Positions 24,788-39,224 of a DNA stretch of 64,000 bases are shown one piece after another. Position numbers and translations under genes: made by a program. Position 1 is the stretch's first letter, and each line of letters begins with the position of its first letter. The notes beneath the pieces were generated by a model. The model had not been told where the DNA came from. It ran no database searches and was given only the letters and a program-made list of their open reading frames with translations. The DNA comes from Malacoraja senta (Eukaryota), in NCBI GenBank assembly GCA_038087875.1, contig CM075988.1, positions 17,610,001 through 17,674,000 of the forward strand, given 5' to 3'.

Positions 24788-26714
24788 TGGATGAAGCAGA
24801 TGTTCTTGTAGCTGCAATTCTGGGATGGAGTTTGAGGTTAAAAGGTGAGAGGCAGATGTGGGGAGGGCTCTACTGCACAGGTGCCAGGGAATTCACGGGC
24901 CATTGTGCAACTTCTTTACAATGCAAATGCTTCATATTACCACATAACTGTACCCTTCATTGGGCTTCACATATTTCTTTACAAAGTTCTTTACATATTT
25001 GCCTGCAAATTCTCTCCTGCTGCTTGTGCTTATAAATATTTATTCTGCAACAGGTTGTAAAGTGTTAATGCACTATAATTGTACGATAACGTCAGCAATA
25101 AAAATACTTTGCTGAAAAAGACCCATTTGGAGATGGACTGGAGTGAATTAATACAAATGACCGCGTGTACAATTTCAGTTGTGCGTGGGTGCTTTGAAAT
25201 TATGATAGACTATTGTGTAGAATTAGCCTTATGAATTACATATAGCATAATCAAAACAAAAACGGAAAATGATGGAAATACTCAGCAGTCAGGCAGCATC
25301 TATAGGAAGAGAAAACAAAGCTTAAAATGGCCGTCCACTCACATTCCTTCTTTGGTCACATGATATTTTCATCCTCTTCACATTAAATGATGTCTACACC
25401 ACAAACTACGCTCCAAACATCTTCACCATCCCTTTCCTCATTTTCAGTTTCAGCATTGAAAGAGGCCATTTGAATCATCAAATTAACATGCTCTCCCAAA
25501 CCAATCTCATCGATTCCTTCCCACCGCTCATTTCTCCTCATTTTTTTAGTCCTCACCAGTTTAACATCCTAAAGGATAGTTTTTACCCCAAGGAACAGGA
25601 GTCACTCAATTCCATTTACGGAGCAGAGAGCCAAAATCAGACAATACGCTGTTTACCATTAATACTACTGATAGAATCAGTCAAACGTGGTGCACAACTT
25701 TGATTTAAATTGTGATCAAAAGCAGCTCGTAATACTTGCCACGTCCAATTATGCAATAGCATGTGTCCCACAAGAAAAACTCAAAGTGCAGGAGGAACTC
25801 AGAAGGTCAGGCAAGATCTATGGAGGAAAGGGACAGACAGCGTTTAGGGTTGGGACCTTTCTTGGTGCGTTCCCTCCGCACATGCTCCCTAACGCGCTGA
25901 GTTCCTCCAGCACTTTGTGTTTTGCTCAAGATTCCAGCATCCGCAGTTCTTGTGTGTCACACAAGCATCTTCATACGTGCGATGTCAATCCTCTTTGAAC
26001 ATTGTTTCAGTGTCTGCTGTGGCAACCTGGATTTGCCCAGAGCGTGGACATCCTACAGCCTTTAGGAAGTGATGCGGCTGTTCAGATGTGGCGTTACAGG
26101 CTCCACTAGCAAAGAAAGAAGGAGTAGCACTCCCTGAATGTACCAATAGCATGTGACAAACAGGAAAGATCACAATGGTCAACTCTATGTGAAAATCACA
26201 AAAAACCTTCACTCTCTGACAGTTCACTGTCCGAGCTCCATTTCAGTCACCATAGTATATCAACAGCAGCTCCAGGGGATGTGGACGGTGCTTCAGTTCT
26301 GTGGTCCTCACTCCTGTGAGGTTCTTCCAGATGCTGATTATAATGTGTGGCAGAGGACCAACTGGGAAAGTCGTGGAGACAGGCTACTTGCTCCCGTGAG
26401 TGCAGCTGTGAACATATTTATAAAGCTGAACAGAGGTCTTCAGGTGGAGATTTTGGTGGCTGAACTGGCCAGGGATGCTGTACAGTGCACTTCAGAAATG
26501 GTCACCTGCTGCATCTTCCATTTTCACTAATAATGAAACCATCACCCTTGATCACTCCTTTGCAGCTGCTGAGAGAAGAAAAAGGTGGAAGACTGGGAGG
26601 TTTAAAGGGCTGAACAAATCAGAAGTGATTATAAGAATCTTTTTCTGAATGAATTCAGCCAGCATTCAATCAATTGCTATTTGATTCAGTGCAAGGACTG
26701 CATCCTAAGAACTC

Positions 26715-27025
26715 GGCACATTGGAGCAGCTGGTAGAGTTACTGCATCACAATACCAGAGACCCAGGTTTAATCCTGACCTTGGGTGCTGTCTGTCCAGA
26801 GTTTGCATGTTCTCCCTGTGACCCTAGGTACTCTGGTTTCCTCCCACATCCCAACGATGTGTGAATGAGAAAGTAGGATAATGTAGAACTAGTGTAAATG
26901 GATGATCGATGATCAGCATGGCTCAGTAGGCCGTAGGGACTTTTCCATGCAATTAAACCTAACAAAACTAAACACAACATTAAACGAAACACAACACTAA
27001 AATAAACTAGAAACTAAACTAAACT
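26715..27025 (+). mobile_element. V-SINE copy with (ACTAA)n tail
   Basis: Head and V-domain as in the other copies, internally deleted. Confidence 0.6.
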
Positions 27026-27446
27026 GACATTGACAAACAGAAAATCCATGCTTTCATGCTGCAAGAGGCTTGCCAACATTTGAACTTGGACAGAGGAGTG
27101 GGTCAACATTGACTAGAAACTAATATGAACCGGGAACTTAGTAACCTGGGAAGGAATGGATAAATAATGTTTTGGGACAATATCTTTCTTCAGAAAGCAG
27201 ACTCTTGTGGTTCCATCTGCTTCACCACTGTCTTTTGGCAAAGGAAATCTGCAATCCTTACCCAGTCTGGCTTATACGTGACCCACCCCACGTGGCTGAT
27301 TCTTACACAACTCAATTTAAATAAATCTGGAGAAGGGTCCTGACTGATGTTGCAGTTTGTCTTTTGCTCAAGATTCCAACATCTGCAATCTCGTGTGTCT
27401 CAATTAAATTATGCATAGTTAGAGATGGCCAAAAATGTCATTTGGC

Positions 27447-27750
27447 CAGCACAGTGGTGCAGTGGTAGAGTTGCTGCCTTGCAGCCTCCAGAGGCCCGGG
27501 TTTGATCCTGACTACGGGTGCCGTCTGCAAGGAGTTTGTATGTTCTCTGCGCCCGCGTGGGTTTTCTGCAGGTGCTCCGGTTTCTTCCCTCATTCCAAAG
27601 ACGTGCAGGTTTGTAGGTTAATTGGCTTCTGTAAATTGTCCCTAATGTGTAAGTGGGAACTAGTGAATTCATGATCGCTGGTCGGTGCGGTCCCAATGGG
27701 CCAAAGGGCCAGTTTCCATGCTGTATCTCTAAACTTAACCCTAAAAAAAC
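27447..27750 (+). mobile_element. V-SINE copy
   Basis: Head, V-domain and CR1-like tail. Confidence 0.7.
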
Positions 27751-28269
27751 TAAATCTGATGCTTGGATCCTAAAAAAATGCCAAAATAAAGAAATAAGGC
27801 TTATGTGCCCTTTTCTCCGCTAAATACAGCTGCCCACTATAAATCAGGAGGGTGGTATTGGCATGGATATTGTCAGTATTTTATAATGGTATGGAGAAGT
27901 TGGTCCGAATGGCCTGTTTCAGTGCTGTATGACTCGAAGTAAAAGGTCATTTATGAAACCTTCTAATCGACCCATGGTACAGGAACAACAAACAACCCAT
28001 AGAACCATAGAACAAACAAAAGCAGCAAAGCAGCCATAATCATTAAACTGCTTAGCTATTTTCAGCAGCAGCTAATCAGGATTAGTCACTGAGTTCTTAC
28101 TGATCTGTCAGGAAGAGAATTAAAATCACACCCAGGCATGTCTCACTGAAGTGCCGCTTGAAGTGGTAGCTTTCACATCTCTTAAGTATTTAGCAGCAAC
28201 TGACTGTATAAAATTTACCCACATCCATTAAGTTGCATTAAAATTTCAACCACTTCATAAAAATACTAT

Positions 28270-28860
28270 CATGGCCCGTTTCACCAACTCAAACGCCCAG
28301 AAACGAAGACTACGAACAGTGGTGGGCACTACCTGGTCCATCACGGGTACTGACCTTCCCATCATCAAAGGGATCTGTAGAAGGCGCTGACTCAAAAAGG
28401 CAGCCAGCATTATCAAAGACCCAAGATAGACACAAAATGCTGGAGTAACTCAGCAGGACAGGCAGCATCTCTGGATAGAAGGAATGAGTGACGTTTTGTG
28501 TCAAGACACTTCTTCATCTCATCAAAGACCCATACCTTCTTGGCCATGCTCTCATCTCACTCCTACTATAGGGTAGAAGTTCCAGGAGTCTGAAAATGGT
28601 GACCACCAAGCTTAAGAATAGTTTTGTTCCAAACAACTATCAAGTTCTTGAAAACTACACAACAATAACCTCAACTAGAAACTATGAAATGACTTTGGTT
28701 ACACCAAAGGCTTTGGGCTTTATGAGCATTGGGTTATTAATTTATTGAAAAGTTGTTATTACATTATCTGTGTGTACTGTGTTTACAGACCTGTTATGTT
28801 GCTGCAAATAAGAATCTCACTATTCCATTGCCGGTACATATGACAATTAAACACTCCTGA
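28270..28860 (+). mobile_element. Rex1/Babar-like LINE 3' remnant interrupted by a Penelope-derived mini-element (28424-28520)
   Basis: KKAASIIKDP..HPGHAL...LP.GR remnant. The insert is flanked by the 12-bp TSD ATCAAAGACCCA. Confidence 0.6.
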
Positions 28861-31800
28861 CTCAGAAGTTACATAACATGCATTGCACCAGCTGAACTCT
28901 TTTGCTGTATTTTTAGTGCAGATGAGAACACATTTGTTATTTTTTTATTTGCTATTAAATTGCTATAATATGAATAGGACACATCATTTGGAAAATGTAG
29001 GCAGTGAACGGTGGCACAGTGGTGCAGCGAGTAGCGCTGCTGTCTCATCGCTCCCTCAGCCTGGGTTCGATCGCAACCTCCGGTGCTGTTGGTGTGGAGT
29101 TTGCATGTTCTCCCTGTGGCAGCAGAGGTGTTCCCTGGATCCTCTCATTTCTTCACACTTGCAAAACAATTGCTGATTATTTGGCTGCTATAAATCCCTA
29201 ATATATAGGAGGTGGTTCCAGAGAAACCCTCTCATCTTTGACATTTCCACTCTGGGCAAAAGGTTCTGACTGTCTCCCACATGTACGTCTCTCATAGTTT
29301 TATATACTTCTATCATGTAATATGCCACAGGGAAATAAATAAGATTGCTCTGAGAATGGTAATAAACTTGATAGAGTGAAGGGCCTCCTTCAATGTCGTA
29401 AAGATGAACATAAGTTACATACTTTACTGAAACAAACCAATAGAACATCCATTGAGCAGTACAGCACAGGAACAGGCTCTTCAGCCACAATGTCTGTACT
29501 GAACATGATGCTGTTAATCCTCTCTGCCTGCACGTTATGCCTCCATATTCCTCTATTCCCTGCATATCCATGTGCCTTTCTAAACGCCTCTTAAATGTCA
29601 CTATTGTATCTGCCTCCACCACCATCCCTGGCAGTGTGTTCCAGTCACCCACCACTCTTTATGTAAAAAACACGCCTTACAAATCTCTTATAAACTTCAC
29701 CCCTCTGACCTTAAGCCTACACCCTCTAGTATTGGACATTTCCACCCTGATTGTTTACCATATCTTTGCCTCTCATAATTGTTATATACATCCATCAGGT
29801 CTCCCCTCAATCTCCGATGCTCTGGAGAAAACAATCTGAGTTTGTCCAACTTTTCCTAATAGTTAACACTCTCTCATGTAGACAAAACAAAAATCAGCAA
29901 AATTAATGGTTTATTCATGATAGAAAAATATATGCATATAAATGTGATAAGACATTGAACATAAATCTGTAACCCACAATGTTTGTGCCAAACTTGATGC
30001 ACGACCCTTATCCAAGACACATAGTCCACATCCCTCTATTCCCTGCATATCCAAGATGGTTTAATCTTTATTATTATCACATAAACAGTGTGGATATTGA
30101 GAATATTTCTGTGCGCATCAAAAATATCCAGACCTTTATGCAGATTACTGCTGTACAGGAGGCATGTGCCTATTTTTTGTAAATCAGTCCAATATAAATC
30201 TGTACAGCAGCAGCAACAGCAGCCGAGAGCTGCTGGCACCATCTACAGCCAGCTATTAGTAAAGGTTAAGATTTTTCCTTTGAGTCAGTCATTCTATACA
30301 TCTCTGCTTCCCCCTACTGTCTGAGCATGACTGCAGTAAGTGAGGTATTGTTTATGCCCGGCTGCATTCACAAAAAAAGTATTTTGTGGAAGCTTCAAAC
30401 TATGTTTGCAGTTTTTACATTCTGGCAGATATGTTCCCAAATTTAGAAGAAATAAGTTAAATCGCATCAAAGAATAACTAACTTGCTAGATTAAAGTGAT
30501 TACAGTAAGAAACGATTGTTGAAGACTGCTTAACCATTCCAAATGGTTGGAGGGGAAATTAGTTCATCACATCTCTTAAACTATGGCCTTAAAGGTGTTC
30601 AACAGCCAAAAAGTAGTTGAAAACAATGCTAGTTGAAATCTATAATGCTCATAGCAGTAATCTTAGAGATGTGACTGATCAAGGCCATTTTTGTTTGTAA
30701 TTTAACTAATTCACATAGAACGCCATCCAAATCCAAAGGGCCCATCATAATCAAATGCAGTTGGGACTGCAGTTGGGTCTCGACCCGAAGTGCCACCCAT
30801 TCCTTCTATCCAGATATGCTGCCTGTCCCGCTGAGCATTTTGTGTCTATCTTCGGTTTAAACCAGCATCTGCAGTTCCTTCCTACACAAATGCCGTTGGG
30901 ACATTTGTTGTTTATTAATTCACTGCAACAAATATGTTGAGCAATCTGTGCAATCTAGAGGTATGTGTGGATCTGTTGCATCTTTAATCCCAGAATATGG
31001 TAGACTCATGTCTGAAAGGTGGTTGGTTTTGGTGTCAGTGAAGACGGAGAGATAATTAAAAAGATTCTATTTAATGAAATACTCCATATCATAATGATAT
31101 ATGAAAAAATCTAATATATTTTTATGGCACACTAAAGACAAATGTAATATTTAAGTTCAAAGCAATGAAGGTAAATGTAATAAGAATGTATTAAGAAAAT
31201 AAAGAAAGACTAGGATTTATGGAAAGCCTTCCATGGACACAGGACAAACTGCTTTTTTGCCAATGAAGTTTAGCTGTATTTGTGCAATAGAAAAAGTACC
31301 TCAAATAGCACCACAGACTTCAATTTAAATTACTAGACAGCCTCTTTATTAAATGTGTAGGAAGGAACTGCCAAAGATAGACACAACCGAAGATAGACAC
31401 AAAATGCTGGAGTAACTCAGCAAGACAGGCAGCATCCCTGGAAAGAAGGAATGGGTGACATTTTGGATCGAGAAGGGTCTGGACCCAAAACCTCACCCAT
31501 TCCTTCCCTCCAGAGATGCTGCCTGTCCTGCTGAGTTACTCCAGCATTTTGTATCTAGCCTCTTTATTAATAATGATCAAGAAATACTGGGTAGAACACA
31601 AATAGAATGTAACTTACATTTAGGAAAATATCTGGTGGGTTCACATAATTGCAACAGCTTTATTCTCTGTCAGGTTCAGATGACTAAGTTCCCACATTGC
31701 ACTGTGAATAAGATGAGGAGGCATATCTTAGTTCATATAATAAAAGTCTGAAGAAGGGTTTTGACCCGAAACGTCACCGATTCCTTTTCTCCAGGGATGC

Positions 31801-32096
31801 TGAGTTACTGACCTGCTGAGTTACTCCAGCTCTTTGTGTCTAATTTCATAATAAAAGACAACTTAGCCATCGTCAGCATAATTTAAGGAGGCTGTAGCGC
31901 CCATTGTAATATGTGGTTGCACTTGCCCATAAAACAATGTTTTTTCAAATCTTGCACAATTTACCCTATTTACACCCATGACTGTGTGGCCGGCTCACAG
32001 CTCCAATGCCTTCGATAAATTCACCAATTACACCACTGTGGTTGGCCAAATCATCAGTGGTGATGTTTCAGCGTATAGGAGAGAGGCAGAACACCT

Positions 32097-32900
32097 GAGA
32101 TGGCTTGGGATCCAGGGAGAGGTAGTAAACTGGATACATAATTGGCTTCATGGAAGGAAGCAGAGGGTGATGGTGGAAATATGTTTTTCAGACTAGAGAC
32201 CTGTGATGAGTGGTGTGTTTTGGGCAATCGGTGCTGGGAACATTTCTGCTTGTGGTTTATATCAACGATTTGGATAAGAATGCACAAGGCATGATTAGTA
32301 AGTTTGCAGATGAAACCAAAGTGGATTGTATCACACATAGTGAACATGGTTATCAAAATGACAGTAGGCTCTTCATCAGCTGGGCAAGTGGGCTGTGGAA
32401 AGGCTAATTAAGTTTAATACAGAAAAGTGTGAGGTGAATGGTAGGCCCCTGTGAAGCAGAGGGATCTAGGAGTACAGGTGCATAGTTCTCTGAAAATGGT
32501 ATCACAGGTAGATAGGAGGGGCGAGAAGGTTATGGTGCATTAGCCTTCATCAGTCAGAGTATACTCGCTGAAGTTTAGAAGGATGAGGGCGACCTCATTG
32601 ATACCTACCGAATAGTGAAAGCCAGGATCGAGTGGGTGTAGAGAGGAAGTTTCCACTGGCGAATCTAGAACCAGAAGGCATAGCATCAGAATAAAAGGAC
32701 GTACCTTTAGAAAGAAGATGAGGAGGAATTTCTTTCATGAGAGGGTGGGGAATCTGTTGAATTCATTGCCACAGACGGCTGTGGAGGCTAAGTCCTAGGG
32801 TATTTTTAAGGCAGAGATTGATTTATACTTGATTAGTAAGGGTGTCAAGGGTTTTGGGGAGAAGGCAGGAGAATGGGGTTGAGAGGGAAAGGTAGATCAG
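32097..32900 (+). mobile_element. CR1-type LINE RT/3' remnants
   Basis: GIQGEVVNWIHNWL.GRKQRVMV and YINDLD...GMISKFADETK. Confidence 0.7.
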
Positions 32901-34035
32901 CCCTCTCAAAATTTTTTCCGAGGGTGGAAAAGTCCACCACTGGAGGCCATAGTTATGAGGTGAGAGGAGGAAAGCTTAAGTAGGGCAAGTTTTATTTTAC
33001 ACAGAATAGTGGGGGCTGGAACACAGCTACGATTGTAGCATTTAAGAGGCTTTTAGATAGGCATATACGATTGTAGCATTTGAGGTTTTTAGTTAGGCAT
33101 TTGGAAGTGCAGGGAATAGAGGATATGGATCATTACAGGCAGATTAGATCAGTTTAACTTGGTGTCATGTTCAGTACAAACATTGTGGGCAGAAGAGCCC
33201 GTTCCTGTGCTGTACTGTTCTATGCCTTCTTTACCACTTTATAGTGATGAGTCCTGCATTAACTGTATATTTTCCCCTTACATTCATCCTACCCAGGTGA
33301 AACCCCTCACACTTGTTTGGATTAAACTCCATCTGCCATTTTTCTGCCCATTTCTCTTGCTGATCTACATCCCACATACTTTAATACCCTTCTTCACAGT
33401 CCGTGACGCCAGCAGTCGCGGTGCCATTTACAAGCCTGCTGACCAACCCATCTATATTTATGCCCAAGTCATTGATATATATCTCTTTAAGCACTTTCGT
33501 AACATTGGAATTATGAGAGGCAGGCTCCCAGAAACCACTGTGTGATGATGAGCAAATCATTTGCTTGTTGGTGATATTGATCAAGGAGAGTATGATTATA
33601 TCCTCTGTTCTGTGAGATTTTTTAAATTCGACCACTTCATGAAAAATGAACCAAATATATATAACTTTTTATTTGATAACATGTCATCATCATGAAAACA
33701 TCTGTAACTTGAGACATACACCGCGGGTTGATTGTTCTACATCACAGATAAGAATGCAAGCAACAAGTTTAACCCAATTATGAACTTATTACTTTCTTAG
33801 TAATAGGTATGGAATATTGAAGTGACAAGAGATAATTAAAGTCGTCATATTGGGAATTGAAAAAAAATCAATTATCTATACCCCTGATACCTGACAACTT
33901 TGCATTTAATTATTTTATTGATAATAGCACAGTAGCAGGTAAGCTTTAAACTGTTATTTCTGGCTTAATTTCTATGGTGGCTCTCATGTCCTGGGCAGCT
34001 ACCCACAATCAATAAGGCTCTAATGTGAGGTAGCA

Positions 34036-34716
34036 CACAATTGCCTCGCCAACGGTGTCTCGTCTTTTCCTTCTTTGGGTTTTTAGTTTGTTGCAAAATA
34101 TATGCTTTAGTTTATCTTTAGTTTTGTATTATATGGGGAGTGTTGGGGGGGGGGGGATAAAAAATATTTTTTTATCACTTTCCTCGACGGAGACGCGACT
34201 TTCTCCGTGTCGTATCTCCGCCTGCACTGTGGCCTAACATCGTGGAGCTGTCGGCCTCTTGCTGTGACCTTGGGAGCTCCAACCGCGGAAGCCTGTGGAC
34301 GTCAACATCGTGGAGCTGGCGATCCCTTTGCCAGGGATCAACTTTGGAGCTCCAACCGCGGAAGCCTGCGGACTTTAACAACGTGGAGCTCGCGGTCCCT
34401 GGTTAGAGACCGACTTCGGGAGCTCCAAGCCGCGGGAGCTTCGACTGCCCCGACGCGGGAGCTTCGATCGGCAGCTGCTGGAGCTTCAATCGCCCCGACT
34501 CCGGATGGTTCGACTCCCCCGACCGCAGGAGAAAAGGAGGAAAGAAGATAGACTTTATTGCCTTCCATTACAGGGGGGAATTGGGAGGAGTCGCTGAGGT
34601 GTTTGTCAAATTTTTGTGTAGTTGTGTGTCATTACCTTTTTGGTATGACTGTATGGCAAACCAAATTCCTCGTATGTTGCAAAACATACTTGGCTAATAA
34701 ATTACGATTATGATTA
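34036..34716 (+). mobile_element. GC-rich SINE-like element with internal tandem repeats and Rex-like 3' tail
   Basis: Repeated (GCGGGAGCTTCGA..GCCCCGAC) and GGAGCTCCAACCGCGGAAGCCTG units, ending AATAAA plus (TTATGA)n. Confidence 0.5.
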
Positions 34717-35539
34717 TGTGCCAACTGGTGTTGGCAATCATTCCTCTCAAGAAAATAAGACTGCGGTATAATCTCTTGAATGTCTTTAAAATTGTGAAGC
34801 AAAAGGATCAAGCAATCCAAGGAAGACTTTAGAAAAATACTGTTACCCAAAGAATGATGAGAATGTGGACCTCACTCCCACAGGGATTACTGAAGGTGAT
34901 TTGTTGAAAACACGTACGTTGATTTAAAAAAAAGGTTTACAGGGATATGGGCCATGTGCAAGCAAATGAGACTTGCTCAGAGTCGTAGAGTTGTACACCA
35001 TAAAAATAGGTCCTTCAGACCACTGTATCTATGCCAACAATGATTCTTATCTATACTAAACCCATTTGCCTGAATTACAGTAGCTCCACATACATAACAG
35101 TGCAGCATAGGAATGGGCCCTTCAGCCCACGATGTTTCTGCTGAACATGATGCCAAGTTAAACTGATCTCTGCCTGTAAATGATCCATATCCCTCTTTTC
35201 ACTGTCTATCTAAAAACCTACTCAGAGGCATTACCCTATCTACCTCCACCATCACCCCGAGCAACTCGTTCCAGGCCCCCACCACTCTGTATAAAAACCT
35301 TGCCCCGCACATCTCCTTTAAACTTTCCCCCTCTCACCTTATAGGTATGCCCTCTAATTTTTGCCTTTACCACCCTGGGAAAAAGGTTGTGACTGTCTAC
35401 ACTATCTATGTCTCTCTCTTTATATACTAAGTTTTATATACTTCTATCATGTGTCCCCTCAACCTCCGACATTCCATTGCCTCTGAAATATTGTCGCTGT
35501 TCCTGCCTTCACTACCTCTTCCCCATTACAGATACTTTA

Positions 35540-35830
35540 GACTTTAAACTTTAGAGATACAGTTCAGAAACAGGCCCTTCGGCCCACCGAGTCTGTGCCG
35601 ACCAGCAATCACCCCATACACTAACACTGTTCGACATACTAGGGACAATTTACTATTTTACCGAAGCCAATTAACCAACGTCTTTGGAGTGTGGGAGGAA
35701 ACGGAGCACCCAGAGGAAATCCACGTAGTCACAGAGAGAATGTAGAAACTCCGTATAGACAGCCACCGTTGTCAGGATCGAGCCTGGGTCTCTGGCGCTG
35801 CAAGGCAGCAGCTCTGTGTCGCTACTGTAC
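35540..35830 (-). mobile_element. V-SINE copy
   Basis: Reverse complement of the V-SINE architecture. Confidence 0.7.
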
Positions 35831-37469
35831 CAACCACTAACAGTGAGCGAGCTTGGGGTTCACCTCCCACATCCTCGCAGGTGCTATGGGTCGACTGCAG
35901 AAGACAGCCCAACACACAAAGTCGTGTCCGGTGAGGGTTGGGCACGTCTATGGGTCGATGTGTCCAGACCAATGATTTGGTGAATTGGGCCACTGGAGGG
36001 TCTGCAACAGCCTGGGGTCCGAGAGGCCAGGCCCACAGCGGCATGAAGCGCGGAGCAGCAGTGGAGGACATCGACAGTATCACCTGGCCAGGCCGATCCA
36101 TACAACTACGACCAGTGCCGCCGCTTGGACAACAGGCCTTTAAGGCCAAGTTAAGATTCTACTTTTATAACAACTTTGAAACTTGAAGAATACAAGATTG
36201 TGCCAGAAACTCTTGAACTTCAGTATGATTGTGCCTATGTATAGTAAAATAATGTTGCTGTACCAAAGTACATGTGACAAGAAAGTACCATTAAATCATG
36301 CCTGCACCCTCTAGTGGCCTGCCCCATTATTATACTTTAACAACAATTAATCTCGCCCACCTTATAGATTGTTCTTTTACTTTTATTCATCTTCCATACA
36401 TTTCCCTGCATCTGAAAGTTTAAAATGTTAACCGTTACATCTCCTCATACACTGCCTGGCACTGTGTCTCCAGATTTTTATTTCAGATTTCCAGCAGTAT
36501 TTTTCAAGACATATGGCTATTGGGCAGGATCCAACCTTCAACAAAGTCAAGAAATCAAAGAAGATTAGATAAAGCACGGGTAAATCTTTACATGATTTAA
36601 AGCACTGAAATGTGTTGTACATTCAAAATATAGTCAATCAGCCAAGAAATACCTGGTACATTACTGTATTTAACATTTACTATATTTAGGAATGTTCTTC
36701 GTGAAATGACCTTTGAAGGAGGTGCCTCCTCCATAAAGGTCACACATTACTCATTGCACGGAGCATTCAAAATCCAGGCGGGGTCCATGTGAACTAGGCC
36801 TTGCTTCTCCATGATCTTACTTCCTAATTTAAGCAACAAAGCTGGATGATCCAATGTAATATCATTGTGCTGAAAGATGCTTAATAAAGGGTTGCCCAGA
36901 AGCAAATAATAATTCTTGTCATACTTTGCTGGATGGGAGAGCAAAGTTATTTGTGCACTTAACCACAGCTATTTGTTGAGAGAGTGGATTCAAATATTTG
37001 TACTGAGATGAGCACTGCCTCAAGCTACTTTCAGGGCATGGCTACGTTTTGGTTAAGTTACTTAAGTAACAATCGGGCTTCAAGACAATTGCTTTGGAGG
37101 CACGAGTTCAAATCCCACCATCTAAGAAATTTAAATTCAATGGAATCATTCTGAAATTATTAAAAGAAAACTATCTACTGCATACTATGATCCCACTAGA
37201 ATAATGTTTCTTCGAAAAAGATCTTGAATAAAAATGTTGTTCAGGGAAGGTCATCTGCCTGCTTTGCCTCATCCGGTGCAGAGGTGACACAATTCCATCA
37301 ATGCAATTGACTGTTAATAGTGCATGGGGACTGAGAGTAGAGGGGAGACTCTAGTATTTTGGATCTAGCACATCATCCTTCATCATATTCTCCAGCTACA
37401 ACGGGATCCCACCACAAGTCACATCTTCCTCTCCCCACCCCTTTCTCTGCGTGACTCACTGGTTCATTC

Positions 37470-38694
37470 AGGATGTAATTATGAAAATGGACAAGGGAGA
37501 GCCAATGGATGTAGTGTACCTGGACTTTCAGAAAGCCTTTGATAAGGTCCCACAGTAGGAGATTAGTCGGCAAAATTAGAACATATGGTATTGGGGGTAG
37601 GGTACTGACATGGATAGAAAATTGGTTGGCAGACAGGAAACAGAGAGTAGGAATTAACGGGTCCCTTTCAGAATGGCGGGCAGTGACTAGTGGTGTACCG
37701 CAAGGCTCAGTGCTCGGACTGCAGCTATTTACAATATACATTCATGATTTAGATGAAGGGATTAAAAGTAACATTAGAAAATTTGCAGATGACACAAAGC
37801 TAGGTGGCAGCTTGAACTGTGAGGAGGATGCTATGAGGATGCAGGGTGACGTGGACAGGTTGGGTGAGTGGGCAGATGCATGGCAGATGCAGTTTAATGT
37901 GGATAAATGCGAGGTTATCCACTTTGGTGGCAAGAACAGGAAGGCAGATAATTATCTGAATGGTGTCAAGTTAGGAAAAGGGGAAGTACAACGAGATCTG
38001 GGTGTCCTTGTACATCAGTCACTGAAAGTAAGCATGCAGGTACAGCAGGCAGTGAAGAAAGCTAATGGCATGTTGGCCTTCATAACAAGAGGAGTTGAGT
38101 GTAGGAGCAAAGAGGTCCTTCTGCAGTTGTATGGGGCCCTGGTGAGACCACACCTGGAGTATTTTGTGCAGTTTTGGTCTCCAAATTTGAGGAAGGACAT
38201 TCTTGCTATTGAGTGAGTGCAGCGTAGGTTCACAAGGTTAATTCCAGGAGTGGCTGGACTGTCATATGTTCAAAGAATGGAGCAACTGGGCTTGTATACA
38301 CTGGAACTTAGAAGGATGAGAGGGCATCTTATTGAAACATATAAGATTATTAAGGGATTGGACACGCTAGAGGCAGAAAACATGTTCCCGATGTTGAGGG
38401 AGTGCAGTTTAAGAATAAGGGATAGGTCATTTAGAACGGAGATGAGGAAAAACGTTTTCAACCAGAGAGTTGTGAATCTGTGGAATTCTCTGCCTCAGAA
38501 GGCAGTGGAGGTCGATTCTCTGGACGCTTTCAAGAGAGAGTTCGATAGAGCTCTTAAAGATAGCGGAGTCAAGGGATATGGGGAGAAAGCAGGAACGGGT
38601 ACTGATTGTGGATGATCAGTCATGATCACAGTGAATGGCAGTGCTAGCTCGAAGGGCCGAATGGCCTACTCCTGCACTTATTGTCTATTGTCTA
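37470..38694 (+). mobile_element. Relatively young 5'-truncated CR1 LINE (RT domain and 3' UTR)
   Basis: DVVYLDFQKAFDKVPH, GVPQGSVLG, KFADDTK and LVRPHLEY. Frameshift near 37555, in-frame TGA at 38214, and a (CTATTGT)n tail. Confidence 0.9.
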
Positions 38695-39224
38695 TAAATA
38701 GGAGTGTTGGGACAACTTTGTGAGTTGGGACAAAGAGCCTGTTTCCGTGCTATTTGATCCTATCCATGTACCGGTCCAAATGTTATTTAAATGTTGTCAG
38801 AAGCAGCAAAATGTATATTTTTTTCATTAAAATAGACACAGAAACAGGTGGTACCAATGTGAGACATTTTAACCTGCTTGCCCTTCAATTTTCTCACCTC
38901 TTTTGAGGCTCCTTGAAATGTCCTGCGATCCACATTGGAGAGAGCTGACAGGCCACCTACTCTGTGGTTAGTGGTGCAGAATCTCTCCATTTGGAAATTT
39001 GCAAAAGATTGATATTCTTCAGCGGGCTGCCTTCCCATCAAGATCAAGGATCCTCAGACTACCTACATCTGCATTATGGATACAAAGTCGAAAAATTGCC
39101 ATATAAAAAGCTAGTAAGTGAATCTATTCACGTCACACATGCTAACACATCGATTTCAAATTTAATCAATCATATTTTGTATATCTGCTATATTGAGATG
39201 AGCACATTAATGCTGGCTTTAAAG

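Noticed and set aside
35853..35900. GGGG start and TCCTCGC resembling an HDV ribozyme L3
   Set aside because: I could not build P1, P2 and P3 pairings around it.
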